DNA of 64,000 nucleotides, from assembly GCF_006345805.1 (NCBI RefSeq), contig NC_043009.1:71114001-71178000 (forward strand). The letters run 5' to 3'. The DNA is from Octopus sinensis (lineage: Eukaryota). Positions 54,301 to 64,000 of this stretch are shown piece by piece. Position numbers and translations under genes: made by a program. The first letter of the stretch is position 1, and each line of letters begins with the position of its first letter. A model generated the notes under the pieces. It was not told the DNA's origin, made no database searches, and saw nothing but the letters and a program-made list of their open reading frames with translations.

Positions 54301-54859
54301 GGATTCAAACTACACGCAGTGAAAAATAGTAAAAAATCTTGTTGAAGAAAGATTGAAACCACATGAAGTGGAAAATATTAAAAATCCTGTTGACGAAGGT
54401 TTCGAACACACGCAAGATACAACAGAGGCGATGGAGGTTTCGCAAGATACAGCAATGGTAGCGAGGATTCTAATTTCACTCAATCCACAACAGAGGGACA
54501 CAGAAAAAAAATAATAATACTGTGCACAGAAAATATATATGTATAGAAGTCCGTTTGAAGGATTTTAGTGAGGTCGCTATGTGTTGGTAGCGCTACTGGT
54601 AAGAATGTAGAGCAAGTACTACCTGGGGCATTCTCGAGAAAAAATAAGTCTGTGTGTGGAAGAAAAAAATGGAATATGAAAACAATATATAATAATGCTG
54701 TATGAAGAAAAAAATCTCAAAAGGGGAGGTGCTGTGGGGGGAGACCCCAAGTGAGAGAAATGGGCTGTTCCACCACAAATATATAGTGGACAGGCATAAC
54801 GAGTGGTGACAGGCGCCGCGCTACGCGACTTCGAAAAGAACATGTGTTGTTCAGTGTTA

Positions 54860-55800
54860 AATTTTTATCGTTACGATGGGAGGGGCGAGGGTTGCAGTGA
54901 GCAGTGGAAGAGTTGCAAACACGTGTCGGGAGCTGCGCTTCAGTGGCCGGTCGAGGTGGGGGGGTTGCGGCTGCTGTGAGACGGTTGGAGGTCGGGGAGG
55001 GGCCTGTCGACTTTGAAATGGTAAGAAGCGGGTGGAAGTTGGTTTGGAGGAGGGCCAGGATGTAACAGGAGGTGGGGAGAGAGTGGTAGGTTGTGGAACC
55101 CTGTCACTGACAGACAGGAAGATAGAGGTGTCTGGCGGGGAGGCGATGAAAGGGTGCTTGCAGGAGGTGACACGTGGCATTGAGTTCTGCTGCAGAGGAG
55201 GAGGGTTTGGTGCAGTAGAGTGCGCTTCCCTGCTGTGGGGGCGGGCAGGGAAGTACTCCACTATGGCATTGAGAGGAGCGGGGTGGGTGCGCCTACCAGC
55301 GTGTCCCGGGAGGGGGCGAGAATAGGGATTGGCGGTGTGCCCCCTGAGATTGATGAGATGTGGCTGCTGGCAGCAGTCTTGGTGGAAGCAGAGGAGGACC
55401 CGGAACTGCTGCAGGTGGGCCACGCCGAGCAGTTGAACTGGTGGGGATGTAGCCTGGAAGTCGTTATCCGGGCCGCCTCACTGGACCTGTAGGAGGTTGA
55501 CGAAAAGATGGAGTTGCCAGAGGATGTGAGGCTGCGAGTGGTAGTGGAGCGGGAAGGCCGCCATACTGCCGCTTCAGAGGGAGGAGCTACGTTGGGGCGA
55601 GTTGTCACCTTCTTAGCAGCCAGGTGCCGGTGGAGGAGATGCAGGAAGGGAGTGGCAGAGGCGGGGAATCAGGAGAATGTGCGGAGGAGGTGAATGTGGA
55701 AGGCAGAGATAGGGGATCCGGGAGGTGCAGAATGGAAGGAGGAGGGACATTGGGAGCTCCCCACCCCGAGGAACTCAAGGGCGAGTAGGGGAGGGAAGTA
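54860..55800 (-). mobile_element. GC-rich region encoding P/S/T-rich text, possibly the 5' coding region of a non-LTR element
   Basis: Sharp compositional shift with overlapping Pro/Ser-rich ORFs. SRLHPHQFNC weakly resembles the H..HP..N end of R2-type zinc fingers. Confidence 0.35.
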
Positions 55801-55819
55801 AGTACCATAAGTACCCGCG

Positions 55820-56066
55820 CTGTGTGTCAAATTGCAGCAAGCACACAGGAGTATCCCAGACGCCCGGAGGTCCCAAGCTGCATATGCACAGGCACGCATA
55901 GACAGCCTAGAACCTTCGGGTAGGTATGCACAAGTAAACACAATCTCCAGATGAATACACACAAGCAGACACATAAGCATATGTTTTGTGCACCCACTTG
56001 TGCTGTTATGTCTGTCCTTGTTCGTCCCCTCTGTGTAGGCCCCACGGTGACCAATACAAGGAAAAA
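55820..56066 (+). mobile_element. Probable RTE-type LINE 3' end (degenerate terminal C2H2 finger and tail)
   Basis: FG*VCTSKHNLQMNTHK resembles CGKVCxSxxGLxxH. The tail at 56009-56036 matches the SINE tail at 23467-23494. Confidence 0.5.
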
Positions 56067-56099
56067 CAGACGGCGAGGTACGTCGTTCGAGCCAGTCAG

Positions 56100-56276
56100 G
56101 CAGATGACGAGCAGGAATATCAGTGTCGAGCAAAACACAACAGTGTATGGCAAAAGTCGGCATTACTTGGAACTGTCTGTCTGAGGTCCTCGTTGTCACC
56201 TGACAAACAGTACAAACCCACGTAGACACAATACCTTCAATCAACAACCTCACGATATTGTATACTGCGCGACGTC

Positions 56277-56278
<2 letters not shown>
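56100..56278 (+). mobile_element. RLE-type element extreme 3' end running into (TAA)n
   Basis: QKSALLGT motif followed by a short UTR and TAA repeats at 56278-56310. Confidence 0.7.
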
Positions 56279-56311
<33 letters not shown>

Positions 56312-56368
56312 TATAGTCAAAATTAAAAGAAGAGTGCCATTGTCATCTAGTAATAATAATAATAATTA

Positions 56369-56459
<91 letters not shown>

Positions 56460-56475
56460 GGTGGTAGTAGTAGTA
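56369..56475. repeat. Compound (AGT)n-(GGT)n microsatellite
   Basis: Direct reading. Confidence 0.95.
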
Positions 56476-56589
56476 ACAACAATAATATGAGAAGAAAAAG
56501 AAATCATTTTGTGTGGAGGGGAAGCCAAAAATCATTTAGAGCAAAACCCCTGGGGCTTTACTCATCTAAGCTAGCAATCAACAGGTAAA

Positions 56590-57450
56590 GTTTCACGCAG
56601 GAGTAACCAAGGAATTCCACTGATACTCGATCATCCGGATTGCTAAGAACAGCAGTGGGAGGCGCCCCTCTTTCATATGTACTCTCCATCTTTCAGGTCG
56701 ACTCATTCGAGCCATCTTTGCGACATTCTTCTACCTTTTAACAAATTTGCTGGGAAAGCAGCAGCTACAGCAACAACTGCAGCAACAACAGAATCATCGA
56801 AATCGATAAGAAAAAGAAATACCTGCAGAACAGAAAACATGCAGTTAGTCTCCTTCGGGAAGGAGTAAGGGTTTTATGGAGGTGAGTGCGATGGATGAGA
56901 CAAGCATGAAGATATATAAGGTTGGACAAGGCAACTGGTAAATGGGTGTAAGCATGGGGATATTGAATCTAAAGGGATCAAGGGAGTATAGCAAACAACA
57001 CCAGTTTATCAAAGAAGGCAGCAGGCTGAAGGCCAAGGGGTCGCAAGGGTGCGCAACCAATCACATATGGGGCTTCCGGCTCCAAGCAGAGGGTAATATA
57101 AAGAAAACACTTCTCCTACTGTCAGCGTCATAACTCCAAAAACAGCAACAACAACAACAACAGCGTGCAACTGTGATAACAGCAATAGCAGCAGCAGCAG
57201 CAGCGCCAATAAAAGCAGCTACAGTAGTTACAAAACACAAAAGCAACAGCAACAACAACAACACCAGTTCCCCAAGGCATCGACAAAAGCCCTCAAAATA
57301 ATTCCGCAGCAAAACAGATACACCCAGTTATACCGCTTCCATTCTTCACATTAGAACTTTCCGACTTGGAGATTCCGTTGTGCTACAAAGAAAAGTAGCA
57401 AGAAAAAATAGTAAGAAAAACACTCCAAAATTCCAAGAGGAAGGAGGTTG
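56590..57450 (+). mobile_element. Possible Tx1-type ORF1 relic (degenerate knuckle and Q/A/N-rich tail)
   Basis: EGSR...GCATNHI resembles the EGRRPxCxxCGxxxH knuckle. Low-complexity tail similar to 1-700. Confidence 0.4.
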
Positions 57451-58026
57451 TTGCCGACCTAAAAAGGGTTTATAGTCAGGAACCTTGTTACTGGAAGCAC
57501 GTCATTCCCGATGCCTAAAGCCGACAGAGGCTCCGAAGCATTTTAATTAAGAGGCCGTTGACAAGAGCAATCGCCAGCAATCGGTGGAGGGGGATTCAGA
57601 AGAGGGTGATCGGATCAGTTTTTGTAAAGATATAGCAAAAGAGAGAGAAGTGGATTAGATAGAGAATTAGTAATTTGGTAAGGTGGGGGGAGAGATTAAG
57701 AACAGCATCAGAACCGACATGCTAGGAGCGAGATTGGCTGTCGGCCAATTCTTCAACACAAAACCCGTAGGTAGTTGTATGTTGAAGGCGCCAGCTCTGA
57801 AGCAGGAAGAAACAAAAGTCGTCCAACGGTCTCTGGGGACAGAGATACAAAATGCCAACAAAGTAACATCGCATACAACTCAATTCGAAGAAAAAGTGCA
57901 CGGTTTTTCAGTGACATTTTATTTAACTGTTCAATGTAAGTAGTGTCCCAAATAGTGTTGGACTGTTATGCCTCCTTTTAACAGCTGGCCATCGACAAGC
58001 TTAAGTGCAAGGTGTCTGGTTTCCTT

Positions 58027-59266
58027 CAGAAATTATGGAAACACCTTAAAATTTCAAGCAAATTTAATTCAATATGGGGTAGGACCGCCTTTGGCAGTAA
58101 TCACAACTTGAATTCTATGAGGTATGGACTCGTACAAAGTTTGAATTGTTTCCAAAGAAATTTGTGTCCATTCTTCAGCTAAAACAGTCTCCAGTTCTTG
58201 TAGTGATGAGGGTGGAGGATATCGACTCCTTACTCGTTTTTCTAAAATGCTCCATAAATGTTCAATAATATTGAAATCTGGGGACTGTGGTGACCAGATA
58301 AGATGTTCAACTTCACTAGAATGTTCCTCGTGACATTCAGTAACAATTTTAGCAGTGTGAATTGGTGCATTATCATCCTGAAAGATTGCATTACCCTCCA
58401 GAACCATAAGATTAATTTGATCAGAGAAAATGCTTCAATAGTCTTGACTATTAATTCTGCCATGAACTGAAACCACAGATCCGGCGGATTTCCAAGATAT
58501 AGCCCCCCGGACCATCACAGGTTCTCCTACATGTTTAATAGTTGGAAGAAGGCAGTCTGGGTCAAATGCTTCTTTTGGTTGTCTCCACACGTATACTCGG
58601 CCGGTGGTCGGAAATAAGGTAAAGGATGACTCATCCGAGAAAATAACATCCTTCCACTGCTCTAGGGACAAATTCTGTAGGTTTTTACTCCACTCTAAAT
58701 GCTCAGCAACTTTTGTTTTTGAAAGTAGTGGTTTTCTGATTGCAGCCCTCACGTGAAATCCGGCTTTGTGCGGCTCCCGGCGAACAGTTTTTATGGAAAC
58801 TTGTTTCTCGAGGTGGTCATTAAGCTCTGCAGTAACTTTGGGATGCTTTCTAATAATTCGCATTAGACTCCGACGGTCCCTATCTGAAAGTTTTCGTTTT
58901 CTTCCGGACTTTTGTTTCGACGAGGAGGTTTTTCACTCTTTCTCAAAGGCTGTCATTACTTTCGGGACAGTACTTCTTGATACACCAAACGTTGCGTTGT
59001 TTTTCATTACGCTAGCACCTGCCATACGAGCACCAACTAATTGACCTCTTTGCAAGTTCGATAGATCTGTCATTTTAATGAGTTTTAATTACCTTTTTCT
59101 GATGATATCTGAAAAGAAGTATCAGTTTTAGCAAAACGTATTAAGCAACACTAATAATAAATTTTAAAAAACCTAAAAATAAACAAGCTTTTGATGATTT
59201 TATAGATATCTCAAAATTATGATGCTATGATGCTAGGTGTCGCCATTATTTTGTCTATCTCCTATA
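58027..59266 (-). mobile_element. Tc1-like DNA transposon with DD36E transposase (Incomer-like), defective
   Basis: 5' TIR at 59235-59264 next to TA; partial 3' TIR at 58027-58046. Transposase motifs VIFSDES, FQDDNAPIH, QSPDFNIIE and GGPTPY. Confidence 0.9.
58069..59073 (-). pseudogene. Tc1-family transposase pseudogene
   Basis: MTDLSNLQRGQLVGARMAGAS... to GGPTPY*, with internal stops and frameshifts. Confidence 0.9.
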
Positions 59267-59919
59267 TTTAGAAACTTTTTTATTTTCTTCTTTCTTATTT
59301 CTTATTTATTTAATCAATTTAAACGTCCGTGTAAAAGTGTTAAATCGACTCAAATTGCGAAAGATATATAATATCCCTGATGAATTAAACAAAACCAACA
59401 ATTTAAAGAGAATAAAATGGGAAAAATACAAAGAGCTATTAAATAATTTGTTTAATTTTTTTTTTTATAGTCTCCATGAATTAGAAGATCTTACTCAAGG
59501 TTAGTGGTTCCTCCAAAAAGACATTTCGCCTCTAACTTTGGTAATTTTTTTATAAGACCAGTTTAAAATGTTTCAGACTGATAATTTTTGCATTAAAACA
59601 AATAAAGTCACAAGGCTTCTGTATAGTTTCCACTAGAATTTGAAGGGGATTTTGATACGACCTGTTTATGAAAGAATATCGCTGAAAAGAACATGGCTCG
59701 TTCGAAGCAGGAAACCTTTTTGTTAATCTTACACGTTGCCTGATAAAATTTATAATCTGGCTGAGATAATAGATTAAAGTTTGGTAGCTTATTTCTTTAT
59801 TTTACATGTGGGTTACTCATGTGGGGCGTTGATTTTTAGATGTAAAGTTTGGTTTGTTGCAAATATATGTTCTACAATGTTCGCTGTAGCACCGGCGCTC
59901 TTGTTGTTGTTGTCGTTGT

Positions 59920-60013
59920 CGGTGGTGGTGGTGGTGGTGGTGGCGGTGGTGGTGGTGGTGGTGGTGGTGGTGGTGGTGGTGGTGGTGGTGTGGTGGTGGT
60001 GGTGGTGGTGGTG
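59920..60013. repeat. (GGT)n microsatellite
   Basis: Direct reading. Confidence 0.95.
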
Positions 60014-60110
60014 GGTGCTTAGTCCTGAAGAATCCTGACCAAGTAAACCTATAACTAAAAGGAATTCCAGCTGTCGTTTTAAGGATCACGTACAACTACA
60101 TTACCTAATA

Positions 60111-61270
60111 CAAGGGTCAGCCGAAAAGTTCACAGGCTGACCAAGATCCTCTCATAGAATGTGACCAAATGGGGTTTATTTTTCAACAGAGACCCCCTTG
60201 TGATCCCCTCACTTCTTTCATCAGTGTTGCAGTGCTTGGATTCCATTGGAGAAGCAGCTTTTATCCTGTGGCTCAAAAAAGTCAACAGTAGCACATATGA
60301 CGTCATCATCACAGCGATAATGGTTCCCAGCTGAGTGGGGTTTCTTTTTTAAATGTTGGGGGACAGATGATAATCAAATGAGACCAAATCAGGAGAGTAG
60401 GGATAGTGATTAACCAGTTCAAATCCAAAGTCACGCACAAGAAGCCATTAAAACCAAGGACTTGTGTTCTGGAGTATTGTCCTGCTGGAACAAGATCCCA
60501 CCTTCTTTCGTCAGTTTTCCTGGCCGTTTGGTCTTGATAGACTTTTGTAAGCGCCTCATCAAGTTGGCATAGAACTCTTCATTGATGGTGTGACCTTTCT
60601 GAAAACAGTGAATAAACACAATGCCTTTTTCATCCCCAAAAACCGAGGCCATCACCTTCCGAGCTGATGAGACGCCCTTCGCCTACTTTGCAACAGGTAA
60701 GGCGGAGTGTTTCTACTGCGTGGATTGTCTCTTTGTCTCTGGCACAAAGGGATGAGCCCAATACTCATCTCTGTGTTAGGAAACGTTCCAGAAAACAACC
60801 AAGATCTGCCTCAAAAAATGAAGGGATCTGTCTGGTGATCGTTTGGTCAGGTGTCAGATGACGTGGCACCAACCGAGCAGAAACCCTCGTCATGCCAAGT
60901 TCATTATGCTGAGTATTCTCAACTCTCTCAACAGATATGCTAATAGCATTGGCTATTTGATTTAGAGTCATCCGCCTCTCAACCATCACCATCAATCAAT
61001 GTTTTCCTTGGTGGTGGCATTTGCAGGACATCCAGAGCTTTGGTCATCTTCAACACACTCCCTTCCCCTCCTAAATTTTCTTTTGCACTCTTGATAAAAC
61101 TGGTCATTTGCTAGTGTGACAACTTGTTAGCATGAAAGTCCTTGGGGGTTAAACCCTTTTTCTAGTTTATCTGGATAGAAACAAATTAGTTATTAATAAG
61201 AAGAGTTGAAATAAATGCAAGATTTCACAGCATTAGCATCACTCCTTCATAGTCAGCCTTTTTGGGGTCA
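60111..61270 (-). mobile_element. Defective mariner (DD34D, irritans/Himar-like) transposon
   Basis: VSARLVPRHLT, DEYW, KVMASVF, QQDNTPEHKS and YPYSPDLVSFD. TIR CAAGGGTCAGCCGAAAAGTTCACAGGCT follows TA at 60109-60110; the 5' TIR is degenerate near 61240-61270. Confidence 0.88.
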
Positions 61271-61726
61271 GTTATTCTTAATTTAAGTGGATGGAGGGAG
61301 ATGATTTGACTGATATTTCTAGCAATCAAATGACCAGGTAAGGCTACCTTTTTTTTTCTTTTTTAGTTGTAATAATGTTGGCGTCTTTAATTTCTGAGTT
61401 GTGGATCTACTAATGGTTCTGTCAGTGAAAATCTGTTGTTCCTTCGAATGTTTTTGTCTTTTTTATGATCTCTTCTCCAGACATTTCAAAGAGCAGTTCA
61501 CTGACATTCCAGGTCTGGCATTATTATTTCTCCAAAGTCTGAACTTGTAAGATCTATAATGCTGCTGTTGTTGTTGTTATCGTCGTTATTGTTATTATTA
61601 TTATTATTGTTATTATTATTATTGTTATTGCTCTTTTCAACTGAATGTCACGAAATGTTACAGCACTGTAAATCTAAATTATTGTTGTTTTTACTACTTA
61701 CCTGGGAAGAGGTACGCGAGGGGAAT

Positions 61727-61828
61727 GAGAAGAAGAAGAAGAAGAAGAAGAAGAAGAGAAGAAGAAGAAGAAGAAGAAGAAGAAGAAGAAGAAGAAGAAG
61801 AAGAAGAAGAAGAAGAAGAAGAAGAAGA
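61727..61828. repeat. (AGA)n microsatellite
   Basis: Direct reading. Confidence 0.95.
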
Positions 61829-62289
61829 AATCGATTACGTCATCAATGATGATAGTAAATTATGATGGGGAATGATGAATAAAAGATAAAGGAAAATTAA
61901 TGCAAGAAAGAAAGAGAAACCTCGACAACAACAGCAACAGCAACAGCAACAGTGAAATATCTGTTTTAGTGAGAACATAATGCTAAGTTTTATGTCACAA
62001 GACTATCATAATCTTTGCAGCGACATCGCCAAATAGCCATCTTGTCATTCTGCTATACGCGTCAGCAGAAAATCTCTTGTGTGGTTATTCGACGCGCTAA
62101 ACATAACAGCCAAATCTCCCTAACTTCTTATAAACAAATGCACACATTGCATAATGTGATCTGAGGAACCCTGCATGTAAAAAAAAGGGTTGATGGAATA
62201 TTGTATTCGATTAGGTTCCACTAGGGATCTCCTTGGCCTAAACTATTAATTCTTTCTACAAGAGACACGATGCCAGGAAGTTTGTGAGG

Positions 62290-62430
62290 AGGGGTGGTTA
62301 CTTATTTCATCGACTCCGAAAGGAGGAAAGGCAAAGCGGAACTCGGCAGAATTTGAACTCAGAACGTAAAGACGGACGAAATACCTCTAAACATTTCGTC
62401 CGGCCTGATTCTGCTAGCTCGTCGCTTTTG
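62290..62430 (-). mobile_element. SINE (core family)
   Basis: GAAAGGCAAAGCGGAACTCGGCAGAATTTGAACTCAGAACGTAAAGACGGACGAAATACC. Confidence 0.85.
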
Positions 62431-62529
62431 GCACAATGCCTGCAATTTCAGGAAAAATTGTTTCTTCAACGCTATTAGAATTGTGCGCACCGGACACTCT
62501 CTTAATTCCTTCCTCAGAAACTAAACCAG

Positions 62530-62612
62530 AAATGTTGAATGAACGGAATACTTCAGTGGTTTATTTTATCGACGCCAGGAGGACTAAAAGCCAAGTTAAC
62601 TCCAGTAGGATT
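62530..62612 (-). mobile_element. Decayed SINE fragment (core family)
   Basis: TTATTTTATCGACGCCAGGAGGACTAAAAGCCAAGTTAAC. Confidence 0.55.
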
Positions 62613-63311
62613 TCAACCTTGCTAACCAAATAAGACAAAACAAAGAGAACAGATACAAATAGCGAAGACAGAGGATATCAGGAAGTATAGGAGACGAAAC
62701 TGGGAACGGAACCTGATAATTAAAAGCCTTACCCAACCCCCCTCCCGAAACAACATAACTTCCACGCATCTACCATCTTCCACACTCAAAATGAAATCCC
62801 AAAATGTGAAGATTTCAATTACTGGGATGGGGGACAATATGGTCGTCACTCCTGCGTACTTTTATTTAGAGCGACTCTCTTAGTGATTTCCATTAAATAA
62901 TAAACTCCAATGACGATTGAATGTGTCAGCATTGTGGAATCTGTCTCCCGTAAGTTGTCCACCTCCCTCCCTCCCTCCCTTTCTCTCACGCGCACAAAAC
63001 TATAGACAGAATGCTTTGTACTATTTATTATGTGAATTTCCATTCAGAGATCGAATCTCGCTCAAGTTGACTTTATATTTCAATTACCCGAAAAGGAGAA
63101 CGGTTCAATGACACAAGTTGGCAGTCTTTGAACGATTTCATTGATTGAACGACTCGCATCGGGTTTGAACTGGGACCCAAGCAAGACAGGAACCATCGAA
63201 GCATTCCTGTTTGTGACGGCTCTTAAAGTGCTACTACCATACACTCTTTCCCCCGCAGCTGGTATCCACCCGATGAACCGCTTTTAAAGTGTTTCTAATA
63301 TATACCACCAT

Positions 63312-63346
<35 letters not shown>

Positions 63347-63441
63347 CATATATACAAAAATACATCCATACATACGTTCATCCATACATGCATGCATACA
63401 CACATTCTTCCATTCATTCATAAATGCATATATGTATATAT

Positions 63442-63500
<59 letters not shown>

Positions 63501-63899
63501 TATATATATCCCTACATTCATCCATACATACATATGTAAGCGCTATCTGACTGAATGGTAAAAAATCTTGCCTCCACCACCCCCCCCCTATGTTGGCGTC
63601 TTCGACGACATCAACTTTCTGCAGCCTCGAATCGACTCATATTGCTTCGACTCGATTGAAACTGTACTGAAACTCGTCCAACGGATTGTCTTTGTATGGC
63701 TGAGAAATACATTAAGAATGCACGTCCGTGTAATACCCAGCAACCACCACATTAATTCAAGGGCAGGTAATTCAGTTGATCGCATAAGGGAATCCTCATC
63801 GTCAGACGACGGCAACTGGCATGTGTGTGCTCGTACGGACGATGGATGTTGTACTGTTTAAACAGCATATCTCAAGACTAATCGGTAGAACTTAGAATA

Positions 63900-64000
63900 G
63901 AATGCCTTCCGATATTTGTTCCCGTTCTCTGTCATCAAATTCTATCGAGGTTAAGTTTTCCTTAATTCTCTTCAGAGTCGAAAATAAAGCACCAATCAAA
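63900..64000 (+). mobile_element. Decayed SINE core at the window end
   Basis: CAAATTCTATCGAGGTTAAGTTTTCCTT...GTCGAAAATAAAGCACC. Confidence 0.5.

Noticed and set aside
63588-63815. Minus-strand ORF with ELMWW...NVFLS resembling the L1/Tx1 C-terminus
   Set aside because: Motif spacing differs from the copy at 20752-21459 and there is no zinc finger; too weak to call.

Overview
Repeat-dense animal non-coding DNA, most likely an Octopus-like cephalopod (inferred from the SINE families and extreme microsatellite density). No host protein-coding exon, rRNA, true tRNA or CRISPR array can be supported, and most ORF-track entries are microsatellite translation artefacts. The window is a mosaic of microsatellites, tRNA-derived SINEs, fragments of L1/Tx1, CR1/L2, RTE and RLE-type (R4/Dong-like) non-LTR elements, several Penelope-like elements (PLEs), a Tc1-like transposon with DD36E spacing, a DD34D mariner and a foldback/MITE family. 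The most notable structure is a young-looking PLE at 40284-44498 (RT + GIY-YIG, minus strand). It is bounded by 516-bp inverted repeats that differ at only 3 positions. Each repeat holds an intact type I hammerhead ribozyme fold with an unusually long (about 59-nt) stem II and a palindromic stem III. All alignments, translations and folds were done by eye, and fragment boundaries are approximate.
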